64,000 nt of DNA from an uncultured Saprospiraceae bacterium (lineage in GTDB: Bacteria; Bacteroidota; Bacteroidia; Chitinophagales; Saprospiraceae), in contig CAJQQY010000201.1 in assembly GCA_905480595.1 (NCBI GenBank), positions 1,482 through 65,481 of the forward strand, in the 5' to 3' direction. A model generated the notes under the pieces. The model saw only the letters and a list, made by a program, of their open reading frames with translations, did not search any database and was not told where the DNA came from. This document shows, piece by piece, positions 55,225-64,000 of the stretch (position 1 is its first letter; the number at the start of each line of letters is the position of its first letter). A program made the translations under genes and the position numbers.

Positions 55225-55309
55225 GCTTTTTTAGTTTTTAGTTTTTGAAAAAAAGAAACCCCCAACAGGTGGGTTGAGGGTTTCTTTTTTTTTGTATGAA
55301 AATTAATGC

Positions 55310-57046
55310 TTAGTCGATACCGTGCATCATCTTCTTCATAAATCCTTTTAACAAAATTAGTATAACACCTGCACCAATTGGAATAAGTGTAAAGATTAAA
55401 AAGAAGGTAGACATACTGTTAGACGCAACAATTTGATCAATAAAACTACCTGTCATACCACCTGCCCAGTTAGCTATAAAGTTGGCGATAAACCAAACTC
55501 CAAACATTAATCCGATCAATCGAACTGGAGCTAACTTACTTACATAAGAAAGTCCAACTGGAGATACACATAATTCACCTGCGGTGTGGAAAAAGTAGGC
55601 AAGAACTAACCAAATCATACTAACTGAAGCTGTTTTTGCACCTTGTGGGATACCATTTGCTCCCCATGCTAAAATACCAAATCCTAATCCAAGAATCATT
55701 AAGCCCATCGCAAATTTGATTGGTCCTGAAGTGATGATTCCTTTTTCCCAAAACTTAGAAACAGCTGGAGCCAAAGTAATGATAAAGAAAGAGTTAAGAA
55801 TAGAAAACCATGAAGCAGGAACTTCTGTTTCTGCACCTTGAAATTGTCGAGCTAACATCCAAATTGCTAATCCCCAAATAATTACAAAACTAAATCCAAG
55901 AATAATATTGGATGTACTGATTTGACTAAAAGTTACATTAAATAACTTAAATAAAACCCAAGTAATTACACCAAGTGATCCTAGAGTTAATACAGCATTG
56001 ACGACTTTAAATATCATTGCACCACTTCCTACTAAATCTCTATTAGTATAATCATTTGCAAAGATTGTCATAGAACCACCTGCTTGCTCAAATGCCCACC
56101 AAAAGAAAATGGTAAAGAAAGTTAAAATGATAATAACCCAAACTCGATCTTTTTCTACTTTAGTTAAGGATGGATCAGTTACGATAAAACCTACAATAGC
56201 TGTAACCGTACCAAATAAAAAAGGAGGGATGTAATTTTTATTAACAACACTTAAAAGTGGAGCAGCAGCATCTTTTGGAATTAAAAAATAGATAATAGCA
56301 GCTATTACTAAACCTATAGCTGCCCACATACCAAGTCTTGAACTACCACCTTCATTACCTGAAACATTTGAGGATTCAACGTTTTCTTCTACTGTTTCTT
56401 TTTTAGGTGTTAATCCAATATCACCAAAAATACTTTGTGCAAACCAAAATTGTAACATTCCTAATAACATAAAAACACCTGCCAAACCAAATCCGTAACT
56501 CCACCCAATATTTTCACCAATGTATCCGCATAATAAAATTCCTAAAAATGCTCCTGCGTTAATTCCCATATAAAATATAGTATAAGCAGAATCCTTTTTA
56601 GATTCATCATCTTTATATAGTTGTCCAACCATTGAAGAAATATTTGGTTTGAATAACCCATTTCCGATAATCAAACAAGTTAGACCAGCATAAAAGAAAG
56701 CAGGAATTGCCTCTATAGCCATACATGCATGTCCAACTGCCATAATAAATGCACCTAGCACAACAGCTTTTCGATATCCCATTATTTTATCAGCTATAAT
56801 ACCACCCAATAAAGGAGTCAGATATACTAGTCCTGTGTAAAGGGCATAAAGCTCTAATGCATTACTTCTTTCCCATCCATAACCGCCATCCATAAGAGAC
56901 GATGTGAGGAAGAGAACTAACAATGCTCTCATACCATAATAAGAAAATCGTTCCCACATCTCGGTGAAAAACAATACAAATAAACTTGCTGGGTGGTCAA
57001 GGATTAATTGATCCTTAACTAGCGAGTCTCCAAACTTGTCTGCCAT
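55310..57046 (-). CDS. POT/PTR2-family proton-dependent oligopeptide transporter (long form, 578 aa)
   Basis: PTR2 signature ...FFTEMWERFSYYGMRALLVLFL... and ...FYMGINAGAFLG.... Confidence 0.9.
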   Translation of the reverse strand: MADKFGDSLVKDQLILDHPASLFVLFFTEMWERFSYYGMRALLVLFLTSSLMDGGYGWERSNALELYALYTGLVYLTPLLGGIIADKIMGYRKAVVLGAFIMAVGHACMAIEAIPAFFYAGLTCLIIGNGLFKPNISSMVGQLYKDDESKKDSAYTIFYMGINAGAFLGILLCGYIGENIGWSYGFGLAGVFMLLGMLQFWFAQSIFGDIGLTPKKETVEENVESSNVSGNEGGSSRLGMWAAIGLVIAAIIYFLIPKDAAAPLLSVVNKNYIPPFLFGTVTAIVGFIVTDPSLTKVEKDRVWVIIILTFFTIFFWWAFEQAGGSMTIFANDYTNRDLVGSGAMIFKVVNAVLTLGSLGVITWVLFKLFNVTFSQISTSNIILGFSFVIIWGLAIWMLARQFQGAETEVPASWFSILNSFFIITLAPAVSKFWEKGIITSGPIKFAMGLMILGLGFGILAWGANGIPQGAKTASVSMIWLVLAYFFHTAGELCVSPVGLSYVSKLAPVRLIGLMFGVWFIANFIANWAGGMTGSFIDQIVASNSMSTFFLIFTLIPIGAGVILILLKGFMKKMMHGID

Positions 57047-57068
57047 TTTTTAATTTTTTAATTAAACA

Positions 57069-57112
57069 AAAGTTGATTTTTCGGACTAAAAATAGATTTT
57101 TTAAAAGAAAAA
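57069..57112 (-). promoter_or_regulatory. Conserved 44-nt 5' block shared with the paralogous transporter gene (38/44 identical)
   Basis: AAAGTTGATTT-N6-CTAAAAATAGATTTTTTAAAAGAAAAA, lying 22 nt upstream of the start codon. On the coding strand it contains TATTTTTAG, close to TAnnTTTG. Confidence 0.45.
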
Positions 57113-57234
57113 TATGTAAGAATTACTAATCTATTTTAAATCAATGAAAATCAACAATTGTGGAAATGAGTTATAAATCACAAAAAAACGGAAGAGAGTT
57201 CATCCTCTTCCGTTCTGTATTCTAGTATTTTTTA

Positions 57235-58749
57235 TTAATGTCCAGTTTCTACATCGATATCTTCCGCACCATGGATTAGTCTTTTTAGTGGTTTTAAAAT
57301 AGCAATAAATAATAAACCAATAATTACAGTAAAGAATGTTATCCCTAAGAAAATGGTATACTCTCCAAAATCACTTGCAGCTTCTCCTACGATACCAGCT
57401 ACCTTATTTCCTAATCCTGATGCAGCGAAATAAACCCCCATCATTAATGATGCATATTTTACAGGAGCTAATTTTGTGATAAATGAAAGCGCTACTGGTG
57501 ATAAACATAATTCTCCAATCGTATGGAATAGATAAGCCATCACTAACCAAATCATACTTGAAGATCCATTTTTTTCAAATTCCATGGCAGCAAAAACCAT
57601 GAATACAAATCCAAGACCCATGATAATAATACCGACTGCCATTTTGAAAATGGAAGAAGCTTCTTTGTTTTTTAATTTTCGTTTTGCCCAAACACTTGCT
57701 ACTCCTGTCGCAAATAAAATAATAAATCCAGCATTTAAACTTTGGAACATCACAGTTGGAACTGTCCACCCAAATAAAACTCTATCAGTTTTTGAGTCAG
57801 TATATAAATTCATCAAACCACCTGCCTGTTCGAATGCACCCCAAAATATAATTACCATAATAAACGAAAGAAGTAAAACCATAAATCGATCTTTAAAGAT
57901 CTGAGATTCAAGGTCTCTATAAATCATCATTAACATAGCGACAACGCCAGTTATGAATAGAAATAGTAAACCATATGCCCAATCGAATTTATACCATCCA
58001 AAAGCAGAAACTAAAAGTAAACCAATAGTAATATATAATTGAGTAGTCGTTTTTAGTAAGTTGCCAAAAAGTTGAGGAACTGATGCTTCTGTTTTTCTTT
58101 CTTCTTCTGGCAGTAAATTACCAACATGAGTCAAGTGTTTTTGTCCCCAAACATAAACAACTAAACCTGCTAACATTGCAATACCTGCTAACCCAAAACC
58201 TGCATGCCATCCCCATCTCGCGACTACTAATCCAACAGTCATAGTTGCTAATAATGAACCTAGATTAATACCGATATAAAAAATATTAAATCCTTTGTCT
58301 CTTCTAATATCTCCAGGTTTGTAAAGACCACCTACCATTGTTGAAATATTAGGCTTCAATAAACCAACACCAGTAATGACTAATCCTAACCCAGTATAAT
58401 AAGCCCAAACAGCATCAATAGCTAATATTCCATGTCCCATACAAAGAATGATCGCTCCATAGAGAACTGCCTTTTTTTGACCGATTAATTTATCAGCAAT
58501 GATTCCGCCAGGAATTGATGCAACATAAACTAGCATAGTGTACCATCCATATAAACCGATAGCTTCTTTTTCAGTCCACTCTAATCCTATTCCATTTTCA
58601 TGGGCAGCTGTTGCAGTCATATATAAAACAAGAAGTGCTCGCATCCCATAATAGGAAAAACGCTCCCACATTTCTGTAAAAAATAGAACATAAAGTCCAA
58701 CGGGATGTCCCCACAGCTGCTGCTGATTATCTAAATCTTTTGTATTCAT
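57235..58749 (-). CDS. POT/PTR2-family proton-dependent oligopeptide transporter (second paralogue)
   Basis: ...FFTEMWERFSYYGMRALLVLYM... and ...FYIGINLGSLLA.... ATG at 58749 is preferred over the TTG at 58755. Confidence 0.9.
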   Translation of the reverse strand: MNTKDLDNQQQLWGHPVGLYVLFFTEMWERFSYYGMRALLVLYMTATAAHENGIGLEWTEKEAIGLYGWYTMLVYVASIPGGIIADKLIGQKKAVLYGAIILCMGHGILAIDAVWAYYTGLGLVITGVGLLKPNISTMVGGLYKPGDIRRDKGFNIFYIGINLGSLLATMTVGLVVARWGWHAGFGLAGIAMLAGLVVYVWGQKHLTHVGNLLPEEERKTEASVPQLFGNLLKTTTQLYITIGLLLVSAFGWYKFDWAYGLLFLFITGVVAMLMMIYRDLESQIFKDRFMVLLLSFIMVIIFWGAFEQAGGLMNLYTDSKTDRVLFGWTVPTVMFQSLNAGFIILFATGVASVWAKRKLKNKEASSIFKMAVGIIIMGLGFVFMVFAAMEFEKNGSSSMIWLVMAYLFHTIGELCLSPVALSFITKLAPVKYASLMMGVYFAASGLGNKVAGIVGEAASDFGEYTIFLGITFFTVIIGLLFIAILKPLKRLIHGAEDIDVETGH

Positions 58750-58769
58750 TTTCAATATTTAAGTTTGTT

Positions 58770-58813
58770 AAAGTTGATTTGGTGGTCTAAAAATAGATTT
58801 TTTAAAAGAAAAA
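58770..58813 (-). promoter_or_regulatory. Second copy of the conserved 44-nt 5' block
   Basis: Same sequence as 57069-57112 except the central hexamer. It lies 20 nt upstream of the ATG. Confidence 0.45.
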
Positions 58814-58874
58814 CTTGTTAAAATAGGACGTCTATTCTAGTTATCGGAAAGTTAACTACATTAAAAAGGAAAGG

Positions 58875-59174
58875 TTAAACTTTGAAAAGATGCATAATCC
58901 CTTGAGAAAGATTATAAAACTGAGCTTCTGGAAAACGAATTGATAATCGCTGAATCGCCAATTGACTTCGAATACCTCGTTTGCAATAAATCACAATTGG
59001 TTGAGAAAAATCTAACAAATCTGTTTTTCTAAAAATAGATTGAAGTGGAATTAATTGGCCTCCAATATTGTAAGATTGATGTTCGTCTGGTTCACGAACA
59101 TCAATGAGTTGGAAAGGTTTATTAGCAGCTTTCCATTTTTGTAATTCTGAAAAAGTTAAATGATTCATATACAC
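58875..59174 (-). CDS. Rhodanese-like single-domain sulfurtransferase
   Basis: ...LIDVREPDE... and the active-site loop CKRGIRS; 99 aa. Confidence 0.8.
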   Translation of the reverse strand: MYMNHLTFSELQKWKAANKPFQLIDVREPDEHQSYNIGGQLIPLQSIFRKTDLLDFSQPIVIYCKRGIRSQLAIQRLSIRFPEAQFYNLSQGIMHLFKV

Positions 59175-59277
59175 CCCCTGTCCCCTGAAGGGGAACGATT
59201 TGAAATTATTTAGTTAAAATTTTTCTTTGGGCAAAGATATATTTTTTGGATTGAAAGGAATGGTTTTCAAAATTTCA

Positions 59278-59907
59278 TTAATCATCAATAGAACGTGGCC
59301 CTTCAGGTGAAACGGATTGAATTTTCGCATCCCAACCAAACCCACCTGCCATAAATTGGATCACTCTTAAAACTTCAGATCCTTGCTCTTCCGCTCGTTC
59401 AAATAATTTTTCTTCAATGGCTTTTTGTTTTAAAACTGCTTTCGCACTTTTATTTAACTGAGTAAAATCGTTAGGAGTAAAAGAGTTGAAAAAACTCTCA
59501 TCTAAACTTCGATACTTGACATCATGTTCTATCGAAATAATTTCTGGATTTGGTAAGTTTCTGATGTATAAAATTTTATTTGTGGAGTCGACATCAATCG
59601 TAACTTTTTCTAAATCATAGCCTACTAAAACTTTTCCATACACTTCAATACTTGCCTTTTTTGAAAAAGTAAAATTAGTTGGAAGTGGTAAATATACAGT
59701 TACATTTCGATTGCTTTTTTCATCATAAATTTCTTGTAACTCTGCTTCGACAGTTACTAATTTACAAACGTCTTTTATATTTTGAAGTAAAACTGTGGCA
59801 TCAGTTTCAGTTGTAGTTTCAGGTTCTTGATAATATATTCGAGCTGACCAAATTCCAAAAAGGAAAACACCTAACAATACAATTACATTTATTAATTTAT
59901 TACTCAT
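59278..59907 (-). CDS. Membrane-anchored hypothetical protein, possibly DUF4230 family
   Basis: N-terminal TM helix (LINVIVLLGVFLFGIWSA), ~200 aa. The family is recalled from the overall pattern only. Confidence 0.5.
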   Translation of the reverse strand: MSNKLINVIVLLGVFLFGIWSARIYYQEPETTTETDATVLLQNIKDVCKLVTVEAELQEIYDEKSNRNVTVYLPLPTNFTFSKKASIEVYGKVLVGYDLEKVTIDVDSTNKILYIRNLPNPEIISIEHDVKYRSLDESFFNSFTPNDFTQLNKSAKAVLKQKAIEEKLFERAEEQGSEVLRVIQFMAGGFGWDAKIQSVSPEGPRSIDD

Positions 59908-59935
59908 TAGTTTTTATTTTTTATAAATGTAAAAT

Positions 59936-59976
59936 AAAAAGCTGCAAGAAACATATTTTTTCCCTTGCAGCTTTTT
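59936..59976 (-). terminator. Intrinsic terminator after the DUF3108 gene
   Basis: AAAAAGCTGCAAG (59936-59948) / CTTGCAGCTTTTT (59964-59976), with a T-rich tail on the minus strand. Confidence 0.65.
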
Positions 59977-60002
59977 CATTTTTCGACGAACTAATCATTA
60001 AA

Positions 60003-60878
60003 CTAATTCTTAGCAGTCATCTCATATTTTAATCCTTTGTAATTTTTCAAAACTGCTTTTACAGATCCAACACTAACTGGTGATTCGATCAAAAGTGGAA
60101 TTCTATTTTTGTCATCAGAAACATAAACCATCATTTCTTCTCCTTCTTTGAATACTCTTCCTGAGACAACTTGTGGACTGAATTTGATGGTATTGAAACG
60201 TCCTTTTCCCTTAATTTTTTTGCGACTTTTTTTGCCTTTGTATTTTACATTGAGTGGCCAAACTTCTTTATCCATAAATATTTTTACTGGAAATTCTTCT
60301 CCTTCATCGTAACGCTCAAAATCAATATTTCGAGAATAATAAATTACCGAAAGCATATCGTGCATACACTCGCCAACATCGTATTCTTTCTTTCTTGCTT
60401 GGTCGCGAGTCTTACCTCGAAGACTACTTGCTTTTTTATTTTCTTGATCAAATTCAACTTTGTCGTACAACTTATATTTTCCTTCACTTACATCCCGAAT
60501 AGATGTTTTTGGTAACAAAGAATTTTTATCAATATAAGTATCATAGTAATCTCTCACTTTAAAAAACCACTCATATGATTTGTAAGTTCGTCCTGCTACA
60601 GCTACGTGATATTGACCACCCATATCGTTCACTTTAAAAGTAACTTCACCAGCTGCTAACCACATTACGCCCCAGTTATAATATAATTTATAAGTGATCT
60701 CCTCACCTCCTTGAAATGTCTTGTTTTCCATGAAACAAGGTTCTACAACTTCTTTTTCTACATCGATAAGTGATAAATTAGTTGAAGTTGTATCTGTCTC
60801 AGTTGGTGGTACTGCAAACGCCATCGTACTGAAAATCAGCAAACTATATATTGTTATTTTTACCATTGATTTTTTCAT
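60003..60878 (-). CDS. DUF3108-family secreted protein
   Basis: Signal peptide plus ...GGEEITYKLYYNWGVMWLAAGEVTFKV..., the characteristic DUF3108 N-terminal block as I recall it. Confidence 0.6.
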   Translation of the reverse strand: MKKSMVKITIYSLLIFSTMAFAVPPTETDTTSTNLSLIDVEKEVVEPCFMENKTFQGGEEITYKLYYNWGVMWLAAGEVTFKVNDMGGQYHVAVAGRTYKSYEWFFKVRDYYDTYIDKNSLLPKTSIRDVSEGKYKLYDKVEFDQENKKASSLRGKTRDQARKKEYDVGECMHDMLSVIYYSRNIDFERYDEGEEFPVKIFMDKEVWPLNVKYKGKKSRKKIKGKGRFNTIKFSPQVVSGRVFKEGEEMMVYVSDDKNRIPLLIESPVSVGSVKAVLKNYKGLKYEMTAKN

Positions 60879-61860
60879 ATCCTAAAGATTGAAGTACATT
60901 AATTCTGACGATAAAGATCGTACCAATTAACGCAGGAATGATTAAATTTAGTACCCAAAGCGTAAAAGTACTGGCCAAGATTCCTATTTCATTTTCGCTT
61001 GAAAAGCCCCAAATTTCAAGAGCAATTTGCCCTCTTGCGAATAGATCCCAAATTGGAGGAAGAGGAATACTTGTTTGTAATAAAAAAATGGTTGCGATTC
61101 CAGCAAGGCCTTTGGTTATTGAGACGTTGATTCCAAAGAATTGTAACATAAAAAAATATTGTAAGGTATAAGTCGAGTATCTCAAAAAGGAATACATCAA
61201 TGCGGAGGACAAAATTGAAGAGGAGTAGTTTCTCAAAACATTTACATGTTTGACAAATCGTTTTAGTTTATGTGCATATGGAATTCGTTTGACAATAGGA
61301 ATGACTAAATCAATATTGTAAAAACAAAATAACATTAAACTTGTAAAGAGTATTCCAATAAAAAAAATACTCAACCAGATCCATTGATCAATTTCCAAAA
61401 ACAAAAAAATAAAAAATAATAAACCAAGAATTCCACAACTCAACAAAACTAATAATTGACTAAAACTTCCGACTAAAGTTGCAATGACTGCTTTCCAATT
61501 ATTTTCAGGTTTGACGAGTAAAATTCGTCCACCATATTCTCCGATTCGATTAGGTGTAAAAAGTGAAAAAGTGATTCCAGTCAAAACGCCTTGATAGGAT
61601 TTCCAAAAAGATAAATTCTCAAAATCTTTAATGAGCACTTGCCACTTTAAAGTTTCAAAAGCCCAATTGACAGGAATTAAAATGATAGTGATGATGAGCC
61701 AATGAATATTATCAGAGGTTAAATTTAAGAGGAAATTTTTCCAAATCTCATCTGCGTTTTCTTTTGCAAAAACTTGGTAATAAATCACATAACTCAACAA
61801 AAAGACGACGACGACTTTTATAAAAATGTTGAAGTAGTTTCTGCGATTGTTTTTTTTCAA
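60844..61860 (-). CDS. Lysylphosphatidylglycerol-synthase-TM-like (UPF0104, flippase-like) membrane protein
   Basis: 8-TM protein with ...LKWQVLI... and ...FTPNRIGEYGGRILLV... blocks. TTG start. Its 3' end overlaps the DUF3108 gene by 35 nt. Confidence 0.65.
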   Translation of the reverse strand: MKKNNRRNYFNIFIKVVVVFLLSYVIYYQVFAKENADEIWKNFLLNLTSDNIHWLIITIILIPVNWAFETLKWQVLIKDFENLSFWKSYQGVLTGITFSLFTPNRIGEYGGRILLVKPENNWKAVIATLVGSFSQLLVLLSCGILGLLFFIFLFLEIDQWIWLSIFFIGILFTSLMLFCFYNIDLVIPIVKRIPYAHKLKRFVKHVNVLRNYSSSILSSALMYSFLRYSTYTLQYFFMLQFFGINVSITKGLAGIATIFLLQTSIPLPPIWDLFARGQIALEIWGFSSENEIGILASTFTLWVLNLIIPALIGTIFIVRINVLQSLGYEKINGKNNNI

Positions 61861-61910
61861 AAGAAGAATTTAATAAAAAAGGTTTTTGAATAAGGAATGT
61901 AACAATATAT

Positions 61911-62612
61911 TTACGGAGTAATTAAGATGTCTTTTTCGTTAGTGTAAAATTCCGTCTCTGCTAAAATTACCAAATTCGGTTTTTGCTCTGCCTTTGATTG
62001 TTTTCGAACTAAATATATTTTAGCAGTTCCCAATTCAAGTTTACTTAAAAGTTTACTCGCTACATTTATTTTTGATAAACTTGTCCTTCCTTTTAATTCA
62101 AAACTTCTTGATTTGTTTTTGGCATCCTGAATTAAAAAAACAAGTGCTTCATTTTCGTTCAGAGGAGAACCGTTCCAAGATAAAGTTGCTCCTTTCGATT
62201 TGCTTATTTCTCCTTCAAATGAAAAATCTGAAATAGGATTTATCCCAACAATATGATCCGTTTTTCCTTTCAACGGGTCTTGAAATTGAAATTTATAAGT
62301 TTCTGAAAAAGGACCCTCATAGAATGCTTGATACCTAGTTCCGATTTTTGGAATATCTCGTTCTACCATATTTCCGTTATGGAAAAAAACCCCTTTTTCG
62401 ATTTTGAGAGATTGAGCTTGTTGTTGCGTCATTCCATTTTGGAAAATAGCAGTAGCCTCAGTTTTATTTTGTGTTTGGAAAAAACGAACATAAAAGTTAG
62501 CAAAAGTAGACGGTTTTGATTTGTCAGATTTTTCTACTTTTGGTGCTTCTGCTTGGCAAGACATTAGAAAAGTAATGATTCCAAAAAATAGAGTTTGTGA
62601 TATTTTTTTCAT
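61911..62612 (-). CDS. Hypothetical lipoprotein
   Basis: Lipobox ...ITFLMSCQAE; 233 aa; no recognised domain. Confidence 0.55.
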   Translation of the reverse strand: MKKISQTLFFGIITFLMSCQAEAPKVEKSDKSKPSTFANFYVRFFQTQNKTEATAIFQNGMTQQQAQSLKIEKGVFFHNGNMVERDIPKIGTRYQAFYEGPFSETYKFQFQDPLKGKTDHIVGINPISDFSFEGEISKSKGATLSWNGSPLNENEALVFLIQDAKNKSRSFELKGRTSLSKINVASKLLSKLELGTAKIYLVRKQSKAEQKPNLVILAETEFYTNEKDILITP

Positions 62613-62845
62613 AATTCAAATTCAAGGTTAAAATTAAGGCGCAAATATAATTTTACTTTGATTAAAACTAAAAAGTATTAAAATTTTGAGGAATATGTTT
62701 TAGAGGATCTTTCAAATTTTTATATATTTAAATTTTGCTCCAAAATGAGGTAAAATACACCAAAAAAATGCGGTTAAAAATCATTTTTTGAAATATAATA
62801 TTCTTGTTACCTTTGAGCGCAAATTTTTTACGAGCAAAAAACTTA

Positions 62846-63787
62846 ATGAGAAAAGTATTAGTTACGGATGGAGTTCATCCACTTTTATTGGAAGGCTTAA
62901 CAGCATTGGGTTTTCAATGTGATTATCATCCTAAAATTGGATTGGAGCGAGTACGAAAAATGGTCGCTGATTACGAAGGGATCATCATCAATAGTAAAGT
63001 TTTAATGGATAAGGCGATGTTGGATGCAGGTGTAAAACTCGAATTTATTGGAAGATTAGGCTCAGGGATGGAGATTATTGATTTGAAATATGCTGCACAA
63101 AAAGGAATCGCAGTTCATGGAGCGCCTGAGGGAAATTGTAATGCAGTAGCTGAACATGCACTAGGAATGTTGTTGGCATTGGCTAATAATTTTCTTCGAG
63201 CAGATCGAGAAGTGAGGCAAAAAAATTGGCAAAGAGAAAAAAATCGAGGTTTTGAGATAATGGGACGCACAGTAGGAATTATTGGTTTTGGACATACCGG
63301 AAGCCAATTTGCCAAAAAGCTGAGTGGGATGGGCGTAGAGATTTTAGCATACGACAAATACAAAACAGACTATACCAATAAATTTGAACAGGTACGAGAA
63401 ACAACTTTGGAGGACATTCTAGCCAATGCAGATATCATTAGTTTGCATTTACCCTTCACACCTGAGACCAAGCATTTGGTAAATTCTGATTTTTTAAAAA
63501 AATGTAAAGACGGAGTCATAGTTATTAATACCTCGCGAGGGCATGTGGCCAAAACGGAGGATTTAATCGTTGGATTAAGATCGGGCAAAGTTGGCGGAGC
63601 ATGTTTGGATGTTTTTGAAAATGAAAAAACAGCTACTTTTTCTCAAAAAGAACATGAGATGTATGATGAGTTATATGAATTTGAAAATTTAATAATGACA
63701 CCACATGTGGCAGGTTGGACAAAAGAGTCCTTACAAAGGTTAGCAGAAGTATTGTTGAGAAAGATAACTAAAGGATTAGAAATATAG
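62846..63787 (+). CDS. D-isomer-specific 2-hydroxyacid dehydrogenase (phosphoglycerate dehydrogenase-like)
   Basis: NAD-binding GIIGFGHTGSQFA, catalytic ...INTSRG... and ...TPHVAGWT.... ATG at 62846 is preferred over the TTG at 62804. Confidence 0.85.
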   Translation: MRKVLVTDGVHPLLLEGLTALGFQCDYHPKIGLERVRKMVADYEGIIINSKVLMDKAMLDAGVKLEFIGRLGSGMEIIDLKYAAQKGIAVHGAPEGNCNAVAEHALGMLLALANNFLRADREVRQKNWQREKNRGFEIMGRTVGIIGFGHTGSQFAKKLSGMGVEILAYDKYKTDYTNKFEQVRETTLEDILANADIISLHLPFTPETKHLVNSDFLKKCKDGVIVINTSRGHVAKTEDLIVGLRSGKVGGACLDVFENEKTATFSQKEHEMYDELYEFENLIMTPHVAGWTKESLQRLAEVLLRKITKGLEI

Positions 63788-64000
63788 CGCTACCTTATAG
63801 TTATCTCACGTGTAAAAGAATAAAACCTGAAACCTGACTTATAAAATAAGTCTGGTGAGAGAAATGAGAGTAAAGATGATAGATTACATAAACAGGAGGG
63901 GAAAGCCCATAAATAGGAGCTTTATTAGTAAAAATAAAACATAGAAAAAGAAAACCATACTTTAAGTTGAAAAGGAAAAAAATATATTTTTTGAAAAATA

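Noticed and set aside
60171-60515. 114-aa plus-strand ORF antisense to the DUF3108 gene
   Set aside because: It lies entirely inside a better-supported minus-strand gene and has hydrophobic, low-complexity composition.
63788-64000. 213-bp non-coding tail after the dehydrogenase gene, considered as an RNA gene or terminator
   Set aside because: There is only a 7-bp stem (GACTTAT/ATAAGTC) without a T-run and no recognisable RNA family motif. The window also ends here, so the context is missing.

Overview
AT-rich chromosomal segment that reads like the core genome of a Bacteroidota bacterium (Flavobacteriia/Cytophagia-like). Supporting signs are a T9SS C-terminal sorting domain on a CotH-like protein, a propeller/Y_Y_Y histidine kinase with a LytTR regulator, YwqK/MORN-variant repeats, TAnnTTTG -7 boxes, several TTG starts and many A/T-flanked intrinsic terminators. 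I can support about 55 protein genes, mostly housekeeping or metabolic: formimidoyltransferase-cyclodeaminase, ybeY, the thrA-thrB-thrC operon, heme A synthase, SRAP peptidase, dtd, an MBOAT acyltransferase pair, a MazG-like hydrolase, aspS, trmB, purF, an aminotransferase, pterin dehydratase, an M42 peptidase, a flippase, rsgA, GGGP synthase, two tandem POT peptide transporters and a SerA-like dehydrogenase. I recognise no rRNA, tRNA, CRISPR array, transposase, integrase, phage gene or classical defence gene. I cannot defend any compact multi-gene island as a new system. The observations most worth a second look are: (1) a cluster of canonical DnaA boxes on both sides of ctaA with a 747-bp AT-rich divergent gap, a candidate dnaA-unlinked bipartite oriC; (2) a membrane/pentapeptide-repeat/globin gene split by one in-frame TGA, inside the only accessory-looking stretch (12.3-16.9 kb); (3) a perfect 14-bp palindrome GTTTCACGTGAAAC present twice after thrC, with a 13/14 copy inside thrC; (4) a decayed gene with three in-frame TAA codons upstream of a NUDIX gene; (5) two secreted or membrane proteins with extreme charge-block low complexity; (6) several short intergenic repeat families. 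All family assignments come from motif recognition by eye. No searches were run.
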